Below, one piece after another: positions 23,501-37,900 of a DNA stretch of 64,000 nucleotides; within the stretch, counting starts at the first letter, position 1, and each line of letters opens with the position of its first letter. Position numbers and translations under genes: made by a program. This DNA comes from Podarcis vaucheri (taxonomy: Eukaryota), in assembly GCA_965113315.1 (NCBI GenBank), contig OZ220363.1; one strand, 5' to 3'. The notes beneath the pieces are model-generated. The model had not been told where the DNA came from and searched no databases. It saw nothing but the letters and a program-made list of their open reading frames with translations.

Positions 23501-25515
23501 GTGGGATTAAGGATGGGTTGAAATGGGAGGCGGGGGCAGAAATCTGTCAGGAAGGGTTAAAAAGTGACCTTTTTCCATGGACTGGCTTCCTGTTTACCTT
23601 TCCCTGTGTCTTAATTCCCCTATAATCAAGCGCTGTGTTTTCATCGGCTGCGTGTTTAGGTATCTCATCTGTGTTTTGACGGTGCCCTCAAGCTTCCTAC
23701 CTTTGTTTCCTTCATGTTGTTTGGGAGTGATACTTTAGTTTACTTTTTTAGCCTGACAACGCTAAAATCCTTAATATAAGGGGGGTGTTAATGCCTGTGC
23801 ATTCCCCTCATCCACCCAATTTCCATTAGTGCATAGCAACCATACTCATTTGCTTTATATTCCCCATCTTTTAACTGTGGAGGGGAATAATGGAAGATGT
23901 TTCATCACCTTAGTGTCTAAACAAAGAGGTGCCATTAGTTCAATCCCAGCACTGTGAGACCTGAAAGCATTTATTTCCTTGAATGGACGTGGATGTAGTT
24001 AGTTATGATGGAAAGGTACTTTGTACCTTCTTGGGCATTATTTTCTTCACATGGTCCCATATCTATTTCCTTTCTGGTGTCAGGATGCTATGACCACATT
24101 CTGAATGTGTGGTCCTCCCCACTATAGTCAGCACGTCATAAACAAAATTTGGCTTGCTGGTGAAATAAACCACAATCCCTGGTTTGGGCATAGCAACAAG
24201 CCAAACTTCATGGCTGCTTGTTCGTGCAAGGAAAAGAGTGTAGTGAAGCAGCTGTGATCATGCAGTGAGTTCTTGTTCACAGTAAGCCATTAACCACGTA
24301 GTGTGCAACACTTGCCACCTCCTACCCCACCCTGCTTCTCATGTATATTCATTTCCTTTGTCATAGCCAAAGGAATTTCCACTTACATAAAACTAGGATC
24401 CTCAAAATATGAAATGAGCCCCTATGTGGAGCTGAACAGGTTTTTTTGTGGGGTGTGGAGTTCATCATGACTCAGTTCTTACTGATTACTTGAATGTGCG
24501 AGGAGGTAAAGCATAGAACACTTCTTCCCAGTTTCCAGTCATAATATAGACAGCTCTGAGGCAACCCCCTTTGTTTTATTGACAAATGATGCAGAGGCAA
24601 TACTGCCACCCCCCTTTAAAATGCTCAGTTTTTGCAAATAATTTTTAAAAATCCCTCTTCTTGAAACCTGGTTCAGAGTGATCTTTTCCCCTTTTCTAGA
24701 GAGCAGCCCTGTGCCTGAAACAAAAATACACTCTGAACCCTTCTTGTCTGGTTATAGTTAATGTTTGGAGAGACTAACCATAGTCTCGAGCTATATATTG
24801 AGCCTCTTCCCTAAACTGTATTGTTTGTTATTCTTACCTCTACCTCTTGACCTGTCCTGCTATTATCTGTTGGGTATTGGGGAAGTGGTCCTTTTTCCAG
24901 TACTACTTTAGCATCCTATACATATCATAGATATGCTGTCCATGGTTATGCCACAATAGTAAAAATATTGTGTGTTATTCAACCAAGTTTTGCTCAGAGT
25001 AGACCTGTTGAAATTAATGGACCTAATTTAGTAATGTTCATTAATTTCAGTTGGTCTAACTCTGTGTGAAACTTAGTTGAATACCACTCATTGCTGTTAT
25101 GTGGGTTTCCTCTTTTACTTTAGACATCATGAAACATCTTGTCAGGAGAGGAAATTTAAGCTTGAACAGTTCAAATAGTTGCAGTGCAAGCTGTTCTCTG
25201 TTTTGAATATTTGTTGAGGGCTTGTTCAGAAACAATAACATACTGTATGCTTGCCAGTTCTGATATTTGCAGGCTTCACAAAACAAAACTGATTTGTTGG
25301 TTGCCTAACCTTGAAATAAATTGGCAGTGTTGTTCAGTTTCTTTAAAAAACCAACCAACCACAGAAGAGGTTTTAGTTTTTATTATAAATCACCTTGGAA
25401 CTTTCTCAGTGGAAAGTGATGTACAATTCTAAATCTTGGGGAGTGTTGAGGTTATTGTGCTTGAGGTTAGGGGGGGTACATTTTTAAAAAAAAAAATTAA
25501 TAAAATAGGGAGATA

Positions 25516-25740
25516 CAGTGGTACCTTGGGTTACATACGCTTCAGGTTACATACGCTTCAGGTTACAGACTCCGCTAACCCAGAAGTAGTGCTTCAGGTT
25601 AAGAACTTTGCTTCAGGATGAGAACAGAAATCATGCTCCGGCAGCGTGACAGCAGCAGGAGGCTCCATTAGCTAAAGTGGTGGTTCAGGTTAAGTACGGA
25701 CCTCCGGGACAAATTAAGTACTTAACCCGAGGTGCCACTG
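25516..25740 (+). mobile_element. Tigger-like MITE family A copy 3
   Basis: TA-flanked TIRs; duplicated TTACATACGCTTCAGG unit. Confidence 0.9.
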
Positions 25741-27769
25741 TATGAGGTGGCTTTGCAGTATGATGTTGCACTGACTGGCAGACGCCAGACCTAATTCCAA
25801 ATTTTGTTCAGTTCTCATTATTGGCCTTTAAGAGCCCCTCTGAAGTTCCATATCAGTCAGACATGTGTTTTTATTTAATAAACACACCAGTTGCACAACT
25901 GGTTACTACAATGACTATGTCATTTCAGCTTTAGCTTGTTCACATGTTGAACAAAATTCCTTGCATATGTTTTACTGGTTTTCTGAGCTGCTCTTTCATC
26001 AGCTTTACATATCACATAAGAGATCATACTGTAGGATATGTGCATCTACCTCGAGGTGAAAAGATGCTCTCGGCAGGTGTGAGTTCCACATCATCTTCAG
26101 TCTATGTGTTTATGGAAAGGGGTACAAGGTGGCTCAGCAAACAGGTGTGGCAATGAAAGTGGGTCAGGCATTCTAGTATCTGGTAGTGAGTACTTGTCAG
26201 CCTCAGGTTGTATGATGTGGAAGGTTGCACAATGAAGGGCTTTGAACAATGAAACGCCTTAGAATAAATATATGTTCTTGTTCTCCAAACCTTCCACTAG
26301 CTATCCTATACGGGAGGGGACAGTAGTTCAGTGATACAGCAGGTAGCAAGCATACATGCCAGCTTCAGTTCAGCTTCAGAAGCTTGAATGAAAGAACTTA
26401 GCTAGAAAAGATCTCTGTCTGAGACCTCTCAAAGCTTTGCAAGTCAAAGTAGACAATATAGAAGCAGGTGAACCAGTTTCAGTATGAGACCGCTCTGTAT
26501 ATGTATAAGAATTCAGAGATGCTATTTTCTAAGCCAGAGTTATTTAAAAGCCAAGGAACAAACCCAGAATTAAAGGAGATAAATGCTTCTTCTCTTTGGG
26601 CAGAATTAACATTCTGAATAGAAGTAGATATTATTGGATTATATTGATATTACTAGGGGCTTATGCCATAGTCAATAAATCTGGAGTAGTTTAAAATTTT
26701 AATCTTCCAGTTGTGCTAATTTAACCTTTTAAGAATTCCAGCCTCTCACGGTGATAGCATGTGGCAGGCAAGCCCAGACAGACAGAAGGTGGAAGGCGTA
26801 TGTGCCAGTTTATCCTTTTTGGCTCATAGTGGAGACTGAAACTTCTGTCAAGGGTCCAGATTGTTTGGATTCAGCTATGAGTCATGCAAGGTGCAAACTT
26901 TTGAGTGCCCTTAATGTGTACTGTATGTGGGTGGGCTAGCTTCCCTTGTCCTTCCTCGAAACCTTCCTGTAATCTTTATGCAGACAAAATCTGCTTTGTA
27001 CCAAGCAGAACCTAACATGTGTGAGCATGCTCTTTGTTCTTGAAACAGAAAAGTGAATGTGGAGGCTGATTTTGAAGCCTCTAGGCCCGTTGTGTCCAGT
27101 AAGCTGTGAATTCCAAAGTATTCAAGAACAAATGTTGAACTATTTAAACAACTATGTACCATGCTACCGAGAGGTATATTTGTCTTCTCACTGTGTAGGG
27201 TGTAGCTCTATCTTACTTGTCAAAAAGTTGTATTCTAAAACATGTATTTAAAGCGGAGCCTCCTTAAGTAGCCCTTAAAATGATTTCCTAGTGCCATAAA
27301 AGTATGAGAGACACTGTGATCTACCTACATTCTTTCTCTCCCTCTCTGCCTTATGGGATTCTGTTGTAAATCTGAACTTCCTTCTTCTTTGTCCCTAGTC
27401 CTATTACTAATGTTTTGCAGTCATTAATTGCATGGGTGCTGCAGCCTCAGAAGGATCTGAGCATGCTTTTGACTCAAGCACCTGGAAGTTGACAGCTGAG
27501 CTCTTGAGATGTCTTATTTCCAGGTGGTGTCTGAAAGCAGCACTTCTAATTGCTGTAGGGCTGCTAAGTTCTCTTGGCAGGGGAACTGACCCTTTCAGGA
27601 GCATTACAAATATCTGCTTTTGTGCTTCTTTTCTATAGTGCATAATTACTTAGAAATTTAGTGAGATGTGAATATTTACCTGCCTTGATTTTGAAATAGT
27701 TCATTTGAAAGCCGTTAGACTTTTTCCTTTTGAAACATTCACAACTTTTTATTGGCCTGTTTAGTAACG

Positions 27770-27949
27770 ATGCTGAGTTTCTTTCGACGAACGCTTGGGC
27801 GCAGGTCTATGCGCAAACATGCTGAGAAGGAACGGCTAAGAGAGGCCCAGCGAGCTGCAACTCACATCCCTGCTGCTGGAGATGAGAAATCCATAATTAC
27901 ATGCCGTGTCTCTTTGCTGGATGGAACTGATGTCAGTGTGGACTTGCCG
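27770..27949 (+). CDS. EPB41L5: EPB41L5 exon 2 (first coding), [10 protein letters not shown]...[10 protein letters not shown]
   Basis: Acceptor ttag| at 27764, ATG at 27770, donor |gtatga. Confidence 0.96.
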
Positions 27950-28890
27950 GTATGATAATGACATTACTTTTTCAACATGGTTGACTCATGTTTGAGAGAA
28001 TGATTGTGTTCTTCTTTATCTCAGAGTTGAATTGGATCATTTTGCTCATGTCATGGTTTTCAGCCATAGTAGCCACAGTGAGCTGTGTATCACTGTCCTC
28101 AAGGTTGGATTACTGTAATGTGCTGAACGTGGGGATGCCCTTGAGCAGCACTTAGTGCAAAATGTGACAGCTAGGCTGCTGTATGGTGCAGCCTGCTGGA
28201 AAGATATTAATAGTAGTTTGGGACTGCCAGTTTGCTAAATTCGAAGTGCTTATACAGTGATACCTCGGGTTACATATACTTCAGGTTACAGATGCTTCAG
28301 GTTACAGACTTGTTAACCCAGAAATAGTACCTCGGGTTAAGAACTTTGCTTCAAGATGAGAACAGAAATCGTGCTCCGGCGGCGAGGCAGCAGTGGGAGG
28401 CCCCATTAGCTAAAGTGGTGCTTCAGGTTAAGAACAGTTTCAGGTTAAGAACGGACCTCCAGAACGAATTAAGTACTTAACTCGATGTACCACCGTAATT
28501 GTAACAGGATATACATTTTATGTAGTTAATGTGCAACACACTAGCAGATTGAAATTTACACCTTTCAATTTGTGCTCAATTTCTCTCTTAATCCAAAGCC
28601 TGGACATTCCACTCTATGAACTTTGATTTCCAGCCTAACTGAAATTAACAAGGAAAATATGGCATAGCTCCATTCAAGGGACACAGTTAATTTCATAATT
28701 TCACTGTTTACTATGTACAAAGGACATCAGTTTAAAAGCACTTTCACAAACGTAAGAGATTGAAGTGCAGGGACCAGCCTTTAAATTTCTGGTTTTTATT
28801 ATTTTAATGTTTTCCATGTTCTACTCTGGAAACATTTGAGTTGAAGGGTTAATACACACACAAAGATATATCCATGTGTAATATCCAGAT

Positions 28891-28925
<35 letters not shown>

Positions 28926-31900
28926 TATCCTTGTCTATTTTTATTGGTTCCTTGGTCTGATTTTAGAAACTACAGTGATGTGAACCATGAAGTCATATCA
29001 ACACTGTACTGGTATATGGAAAAGGGGAGGATAAGTCGATAGTTACATAACCCTATATTTGTCATTCTTGGCAGCAAGATTTGGAACTGGAACATCTGGC
29101 AGGAAGCTGAGCTGACCTAGCAATATTGCACTGGAGAAGCATAGTATTTGCTCTAGGAAATATTTGCTTAAGCCAACACATAAGAGAGTGGGCTGCCCAC
29201 TTAAGAGGCAGCTTTCTGATCACTGTTCACTAGTGAATATTACTGATCAAGCTACATACACCAGCTTAATATACCGTATTTTTCGCTCTATAAGACGCAC
29301 CAGACCATAAGGCGCATCTAGTTTTTGGAAGAGGAAAACAAGAAGAAAAAAATTCTGAATCCCCAAAGCCAGGACAGCAAGTGGGATCGCTGCGCAGCAA
29401 TCCCGCTTGCTGTCCTGGCTTATGGGATAGCCGCGGGCAGCCTCTCCCGGGCAGGGGATGAAGGCTCCCCTTGCCCGGGAGAGGCTGCGCGCGGCTATCC
29501 CATAAGCCAGGACAGCCAGTTGCGCGCGGCTAAGGTTCCCCCAAGAGCCGCGCTCCCTTTAAAGAGTCAGCGGAGTGTGAAACGTATGTAACCTGAAGCA
29601 TATGTAACCCGAGGTACCACTGTATATAAGTACAATTCTTTCTTTCTCTCTCTCTGAAGAAAAGTGTATAGATTGTGCATTACCATTTGCCTGTATTGTA
29701 AGCTACAGTGGTACCTCGGGTTACAGGCGCTTCAGGTTACAGACTCCGCTAACCCAGAAATAGTACCTCGGGTTAAGAGCTTTGCTTCAGGATGAGAACA
29801 GAAATTGTGCTCTGGCGGCGTGGTGGCAGCAGGAGGCCCTGTTAGCTAAAGTGGTGCTTCAGGTTAAGAACAGTTTCAGGTTAAGAACAGACCTCCAGAA
29901 CGAATTAAGTTCTTAACCCGAAGTACCACTGTATAGAGCAGGCACGTCCAACTCCCAAGAGAATGCAATCTACTCCCAGTACAAAAAAAGCTGGCAGTGA
30001 TCTACCCATTGTCATTGCTAATAGTTGTTAAGCTTTTTTGGAGGGGGACAAGCCAAAGTTGTTGAGCTTTTTGGAGGGCAGCGCTACAGACAACATTGCT
30101 TCCACTTTTAGCGTCCTTTTACATGTACGGCGGCTAAGCAGATAGCTAGCACCTGGGGCAGGAGGCGAAGTCATTACTAGCCCGCGATCTACCACTAACG
30201 TGAGGCTATTGATTGTGATCGACCTGTTGGACATGCCTGCTATAGATCAACCAAAGAGGGCTGCTTTGTATTAGTTGTGACTACCTACTTTTTTCAGAAA
30301 CCGCAGGAGTTGTTAGCAGTGATGTGGTGTGGAAATTTTTCCACTGCTTTGCTGTTCCATTGAAAATGTTCTGTTTATTATTATTTCACTGGTAACAATT
30401 ATGTGTGTTGTTTTGTCTCACATTGTGGAATGTATAGTTACCATTTTGCCAGACAAAGGCTTGTGTGGTGGGGTTATATTGCAAAACTCATAGGATTGCT
30501 ATATTTAAAAGTTGAGGCACAATACACACAAAAGATCACTTGCATAAAATCTTACTGTGGTGAATGCAGAGATTGTGAATTATTCCTTTCTTTTTTCAGT
30601 AAATGCAGCCCTGTTCTCCATGTCAATTACTTTAAACTTTCTGGCCACAAACAGATTTCACTTTGCAGTATTTTTGTTGGTTTCTTTTTCTTTCTTTCTT
30701 TCTTTCTTTTTGCTATTTAACCTCTCTGGGTGGCTGGGCATGGGAAAGAGCAGGCCAGAGATCAAGGCGACCCTGGGTGGAAAATTCTAGTAGCTGCATT
30801 GTGGATGGATGCTTAGGGACATTCTTTCTTTCCTAAAACTTGTTAACATCAGTACCATTTTTTTCTGCACCCAGCTAGACGTTTTGAAGCATCTAGGAGC
30901 AATTTCACAATGCAATAAAACAAATTTTTAAATGCATCTATAAAAACAATTTCAAATCCAATACAGATACTGACGAAGATAAAACTCTTCTCTCAGAGGG
31001 CTTGTTGAAAGTGGAAGATCTTAACAAACACCAAACAGGCAGTAGAAGTAGTGCCTGATATGGCCTGATAAGATGGTACCTGCAGGAGGCCCTGCCCTGC
31101 AGAGCACAATGGATGATTGGATATATAAGGGAAGGAGGTGATATTTTTGTCCTGGTCCTCAGCTGTATAGGGCTTTGTTCATCAGTACCAGCACCTTGTA
31201 ACTAGCCCAGTAGTTAATTGGCAGCCAGAGCTGCAGCACCCGTGTACTTTTGGAATAGGGTTCTTAGCCTTCCTGAAAGAAGCTATTTGACTTTTGGGCT
31301 TTCATGAGTGCAATGTAAAGTTTGCTGTCAAACCTAGCGTCTCAAGAATTGAGACACTAAGAACATTGTCAGAGCACTGAGAAACATAAATATTTTTGGT
31401 GACATTTTTAGATTTCCTCTTCAATTCCGTTTCAAATGAAGTGATTCTAAATGAAGTTATTGAGTGTTTGTGAGGTTATGTTGAACAATTTGTGTGGCAC
31501 TGCAAATCATTTTGTTCGGTTTTTTTGCCTAAGCATATTCACATTATTTGTGACTGTAGAGGCCAGAAATGAAATCTGCAATTCTGTGAAGTTCATAGGT
31601 TGAAGAAAGGGCCTCTGGACCTCCAGAATTACAGGCTGCATATTGTTCCAATGAGTTCTTAAATGTTTAATGTGTTTATTTTTTCAGTAACTTTGGATTC
31701 AGTAATGAATATTAAAAGAAGTTGGGGCAGTGGGAGATTATAGATGAGGTAAAACAGTTGGGAAATAACAGTTATCATGCAGTTCATAAGGGTGCTGAGT
31801 TTCAGGACTAGATAAGTAACTTCTGGTTCATTAAGGTCAGCGATCTAGAGATAGTGATTGCTGAGATTGAGTCTAGGGGAGAAGAAAGATGCTCATGTAG

Positions 31901-34900
31901 TCCTGAACCTGGCTGTCACAGTGCTGGTAAGGAGATACTTTCCCCTCTACTATACTTTTGGGGAGAGTAGGGGTGGGGAAGTTGAGTTTACAGGATCCAT
32001 ATATTCATGGTACGCATCTCTGAACCCTAATTCCATCTCTGGATAGTTTTAAGCTGTTAATTTTTCTGCTGAACTGGGCAGGGAGTTATTAATCAGAATT
32101 GGAAGAAGCACCCCCCTTCTCCACTGATATGATTTAATTTTAATTGTGATTTTGATATAGTTATATTAATTTTTGTGGTTTTAATATATCTGTAAACTGG
32201 GGTCTACACATGAAGGATGGCATAGAAATTAATCAGATAAATCTTGTGCTTCCTGGAGGGCAAGAAGCATGCTCAGTCTTCTTCAGGCTATTTTTGTGTA
32301 TATGTGTGAGAGAGTATAAAGTGAATATGCAGAAACCATTGCCTTCGGTTTTGTTACCAAAATGATAGTCAAAGGCTATCAGGTTTGCTATTAGAAGTAA
32401 TATAAGCAGTTGACAGAATTGGTGTCTAGAGAGTAGCAATGCATTATTGTTTTTACTGGAATATCTGAGTGCATGCAGAATTGCCCTCAAAAATAAGGTT
32501 AATCATCAACTAATCAGCCTCTTACTAACACAAGTTCCTCTTGTAATTTCAGAAAAAAGCCAAAGGACAGCAGCTGTTTGAACAGATCATGTACCATCTG
32601 GACCTCATTGAAAATGACTATTTTGGATTACGATTCATGGATTCTGCACAAGTAGCAGTGAGTGGCATGGGTTGTTTTTTTCTTCTTACAGTAGTAAAGT
32701 TAATTAAATCATACCAGGCCAAACACAAGATTTGTGCAAGTGTTAAGTTGTTCTTGGTACAACAAAATTTATAGATGATTTTAAGAAATTGTCCTGAACT
32801 TCAGTATAATATCAGTTTCCCTTTTTCATGTCCTCTGTCCTGGTTTTGATAGATAAAATTATGGATCAGAGAGTTGTTGGTTCTAATTCAAATTTCAAAA
32901 ATGAGAATATGTTTAATTCCCCCCCCCCTTTTAATTTGTATTGAAGTAAATCAAGCAAATCAAGACAATAAAATGATAGAAGTTCATGACTTCTGTTTCT
33001 TTCATAGTATGAAAAGTATTTTTTTAGTGCCTTGGAGTCTTTGTTGCATGTAATTCATGTTACACACATGTTTATTGGATCATAGTTTAAAGGTCCTGGT
33101 TTAAAGGCCGCTTTGGACAGAACCATTAGAAAGGAGGGTCAGAGGGGGGTAAAAACCCATTGGGCTTTCTGTGGAGGTGTGTGTATGACCTCTCAGTGCC
33201 CCAGACCTGACTCATAAAATCTTAATGCAGCATCATAGAAACTTTAAGGCAGGGGTGGGGAAACTCTGCCCCTCCAGGCCATGCTTTTAAAACCACACTT
33301 ATCTGCTGGTCAACTGACATCACTCTGATGGGGGAGAAATAAGTTGATTGGCGAGGGGGTTAATTTTGGTGTTGCCTTCAAAGCTCAGTGTCACCTACCA
33401 CCACTATGATTTGGCCTTCCAGGGGTGGGGAGATAAGGATCTGGTCCACGAGGCAGAAAAGGATCCCCACCCCTGCTTTAAGGTCATCTGAGAAAAACTA
33501 TCATTCCAAATGGCAGATCTGACTTCAGTGCAGTTGCAGTTCTGTGTGTTCTGAGAATGCAGGGCTCTAGTAATCCCATCTTCCAGGATTGTTAGAATTC
33601 TTTTTTGGTGTTCTGGTCAGGCACAAAACCTTTCTGGTTTTTGTGTGTGTTGCTGGACTGTTTCTGCCCAGTCTTAAATTCATGATTCAGTCAAAAGGCA
33701 TATGCACCAAGCACACACAATTTAGTCATGATCTTGGTTAATTAAGTGTGTCTGTATATATTACATAGAATTTCACAACTGAGATTATTTTGGTAGTTCT
33801 TCATTGCATTTCCACCACCTCACATGCCAGTGGAATGAAAAACTCTTCTGACCTTAATCATATTTTCTTGTGACTTGTTCTTATAGCCTAGGGTTCCATG
33901 AGCCTCACTTGATACTGTATGATTTACTTGCTTTAGGCAATTTATATTTGTTTGCATTCAGCTGGTCATTGTGCACTTGGAAGAGTGCATTGCTCAGTCT
34001 AATGCAATTGCTTCAGCTTTCTGTTTATTGTGATGCAGTGCTAATGTTTGTCAGGTATATAAAAATGGTGTTAAAGACCATGTCTTTTTTATTTTAATGA
34101 GCTCTGCCTTTTATACAAATAGTTGAATCTTGAATGATGTTGATGTAGTACTGGCTAATTCTGTGAGTATAATTTGGGAATTGCCTTTACAATTCAAGAG
34201 ACTTTTTTGTTCCAGTGTCTCTGTTGCTTCCCCCTCCCATTGTATTTTTGGTTAACATTGAGTTAGAAGGGACCCTAAACAACACCAATGCAAATAATTC
34301 ACCTTAGTGCTGTATATTCAACCTTAAACCTACTGCCCAGGAAATCATCAAAAATCACAAAAATCATCCCAGGAGGAAAAAGGCTTTTGCATGTATTCAT
34401 TTTGTAATTACAGCAGGAGGTTCATGGCTTGCAGGGATGGCTAGCAGCCCAATAGTAGGGAGATCTGTGAGTAGCTTGGCTCAGGCCAAAAAAGTTGCAG
34501 GACGCTTTCTCAGATTGTAAATTTTTCAGTAGGGAGTATCCTCTGGCTTAATCTTTTGACCCATTACTCTTACCATAACCTTGCCTTGTTTCGTGAAGTG
34601 TGTATTTCTGCAGGATTAGAGTTCGTGCCTGACCCTGCTGAATTTGACAGCTGCGGTAGGAAAAGAATATATTCCAAGCATTGTGTTGCAGTGTACTTGG
34701 AGTAAAGTATAGTTACCAAGTGCAACTGCAACATGAGATCAGGTCTCAGTGTCTCCCAGGCTTTGTTCTGTAAAAGTAATTCCCTCCCCCCTCTTCTGTG
34801 TGCCAGTCAAGCTGAACTCTTGGAGATGGCGCTAGTGTTAGGAACTGAGTTGAACTAAGTGGTGTCGGTGCCTGTCTCTGGTCTGTTAACTGCCTTTCTG

Positions 34901-37900
34901 TGGAATGTGGAGGAGGTGAAAGAAAACAGATTGGAGATGAAGCAAACTTATACTTTGCCCTACAGTCTGGGAACATCTTTCTTTTTTTCTTTTTTCTCTT
35001 TTCTTTTCTTTTCTTTTCTTTTCTTTTCTTCTCTTCTCTTCTCTTCTCTTCTCTTCTCTTTTCTTTCTTCCCTGTCCCTGTTGTTTGTGTATACGGCACC
35101 ATAGCACTTGTAATACTCTACTTTGGTGGATTTGTTTTCTTACCAAAGGAAATGTATGTTGGATGGGTGCAGACAACTGATGGCAAACTATCCAAAGAAG
35201 GCATGTTTATGGTATAACTTCCTATAATTGATTGATTGCATTGAATGAAATAATCTTATTTCGTTCCAAAGCAGTAGGACAGTTCCATGAAAATATCAAC
35301 CAGCAGGCTCTTTTTTATCTTCCTATATAGCTAGCATGTTATGTATCTTTTTAAAGATAGTTTTCCAAAGTTTTATTATCTGGCAACAGTTCTACACATG
35401 AGTGAAACATCCAGAAGCAGGGCATGCAGAGTGATTCAGAATTTCTCTTAATTTTTTTTACTAACTTTTAGCTAACTACTTTTCAATTCATTTAACAGCC
35501 CGTTATTTTATTGGTAGTTTCACTTTTGCTTTTGATACCTGAGAATAAATGGTATGTTAGGAATAAATATTAGTGAGGTCTTGTTTTGTAGGTTGCGTGT
35601 GAGTGACTTGTCACAAGCAATGTTGGTCACATTAAGCTGGTCACAGAAAACGTTTTCCCCACAGGGATAAATAAACAGTATGAGAAGTTTGACACTTGCC
35701 CATGAAACATTAGCTGTTTTTGTATGTGGCTGCAGATGGGGAAAATTAATTCACACTTTAAGAGAATACAGTTATCTAAGTTACAGATATATTCTTGAAG
35801 TTGCAAAACTCTTGTGTTGGTCAAATACTTTAAAACACAGTTCTAAAAAGGCAATTGTTAATTATTTGGCATGCTTCTTGGTTTTTGTAGGGAAGATCAG
35901 TCCAGTTCAACCACAAATAGTTTAATGTTATTTGGAGTTCAAATAATATTAGTTAACACACAAATTATTATGTAAACAAGCTTACAAATATAATGGTGGT
36001 AATTATGGAATTACCTAACAACAACAGGAACAACAACAGCTGTCATTTAATTATGATTCCACTACTGCTACTCCGTTGACATAGTTCAGGAACAGTTTAA
36101 TCATGTGGTCTTTGTTGGTTTACATGAATTTTGCAAGTTTCCCAAATGCTTAGAAATTTGATGGTGTAAGATGGGTGTATGTTGTTTCATACTGTTTGTA
36201 ATGTATTTTAAATTGCAATCCTGGGGCTTTGGTATATTATTAGTATTAGTATCATCAACATTTGCTGCAGGTGGGATTAGAGTTGCTATAGCTGCTGTCA
36301 TTGTGAACATCCTGTGTTTAGAGGTGAGCCCATATGTATCACAGGGCTGCATGTGCCATTTTGGGTCAGTCTCAGTCTGGGGGAGTGAGGATTAGGTGAT
36401 GTCAAGTTGTACTAGCATCAGATCTGACAACTATCTCCATTATAAGATGCCTGCTGGCACACTATTGACTACAGCATAGGGTGGGGAGCCACGTCATGTA
36501 TTCTGAATGATAGCAGTGGTATTTAAAGGAAAGCCTGAGGCCACAGGTGGTAACTCAACAGTATTATACTTGGAATGGTATCATTACATATAAGGATGTT
36601 ATCACCTAGGAAAAATACTTGGCAGATTTAAGGAAATACCCAACCCGTAGTTAACATATTTTGTGAACTTAGCTGCTACATCCTTACGTTCTAAACTTAA
36701 TGTGATCTGCAAGTTTTTATCTTGTACTGCTTGCTTCATTCCAGCTGCTGAGCTCTCTGAGAGGAACTTGTATAAACAATTCATGCTAATGCTTGTGTCA
36801 GCACTTGAAAGAGACAATGCATTCCACAATACTAGGTTTTAAGCGTAACTGTGAGAAAGTTTGTGTGCTTGAATAGAAAGGATGCACTTTTAACTGAAAA
36901 GTTACATTGGCATGCCTTTTCCTTTCTTAGATGGGAGATATAATCTTTTTCATATCTCTTTGGTAAGATGGCAGCCTGAAACGCATTGAAACATATGTTA
37001 GAATTCTGACAATCCCAGCAGCTTTCTGGCTCTGTGACTTGCAAAGATACATTTGTGCTGCAAATTGCAGATCATGATTTCAGCGCTTGAGAAATTATTA
37101 ACTTGCCTCTTGAAACGTATTCTAGCAAGCTGTTACAGTCAATTAACTGTAGGTCAGGAACACTGAATGTGTTGCTCTTAAAATGCTTTATACTGCTTAG
37201 AACTATTTTGGCTTGTTCTGTTCTGTGAATTTATAATTTGCATACTATATTTTTATGTTGAAAACATAAAGTCTATAATTATTAATTTTTCTTTCAGCAC
37301 TGGTTGGACAACACAAAGAGTATTAAAAAACAAGTTAAAAGTAAGTGAAGTTTGTGTTTTTAAAAATCTGATTTACTTGAGTATCGACGAAGACTTTGTT
37401 TCCCCAAAATATACCATGGCAGTATGAAACTGTTCAAAGAACAATGTTGTAATGCCAGGTTTCTGGCATTACAACTGATCTTTGACTCACATTACATTTA
37501 CTACATGATGTATTGAAAGCTAATTCAGTACAGGGCAAAAAGAAAAAAGGGGGCTCCAATTGTTTAAAGATTCTGTAGCACATTTCTTTTTGCACTCTCT
37601 GCCTTAAGAGTATTACCAAAATGGATTTGGTGGACTATATTTTAGTAATCTTTGCTTTGCTGACCTATTGTGATGTGTATTTGTATCTTTTCTGTGACTG
37701 ATATACATTGACTTTTTTAAAAGGAACTGTTCTAGTAATGTAAATCAAAAGGGGGAAGAAACTTTGAAGATCTGGTATTACAGGTGACCTGAATCAGTGG
37801 GTGTTGAGGAGGTGCATGAGTAACATGATATTCCTGGTTTAGAATTTCTCTCATTGGAAGGAAATGAGGTGTGGAGTCTGCTGCAATAAAATGTTTAGCT

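Noticed and set aside
22493-23625. Several 90-180 aa ORFs on both strands
   Set aside because: Low-complexity translations of a GC-rich, microsatellite-containing CpG island, with no recognisable domain.
34746-35217. Lys/Arg/Glu-rich and Phe/Ser-rich ORFs
   Set aside because: Artefacts of the pentanucleotide microsatellite.
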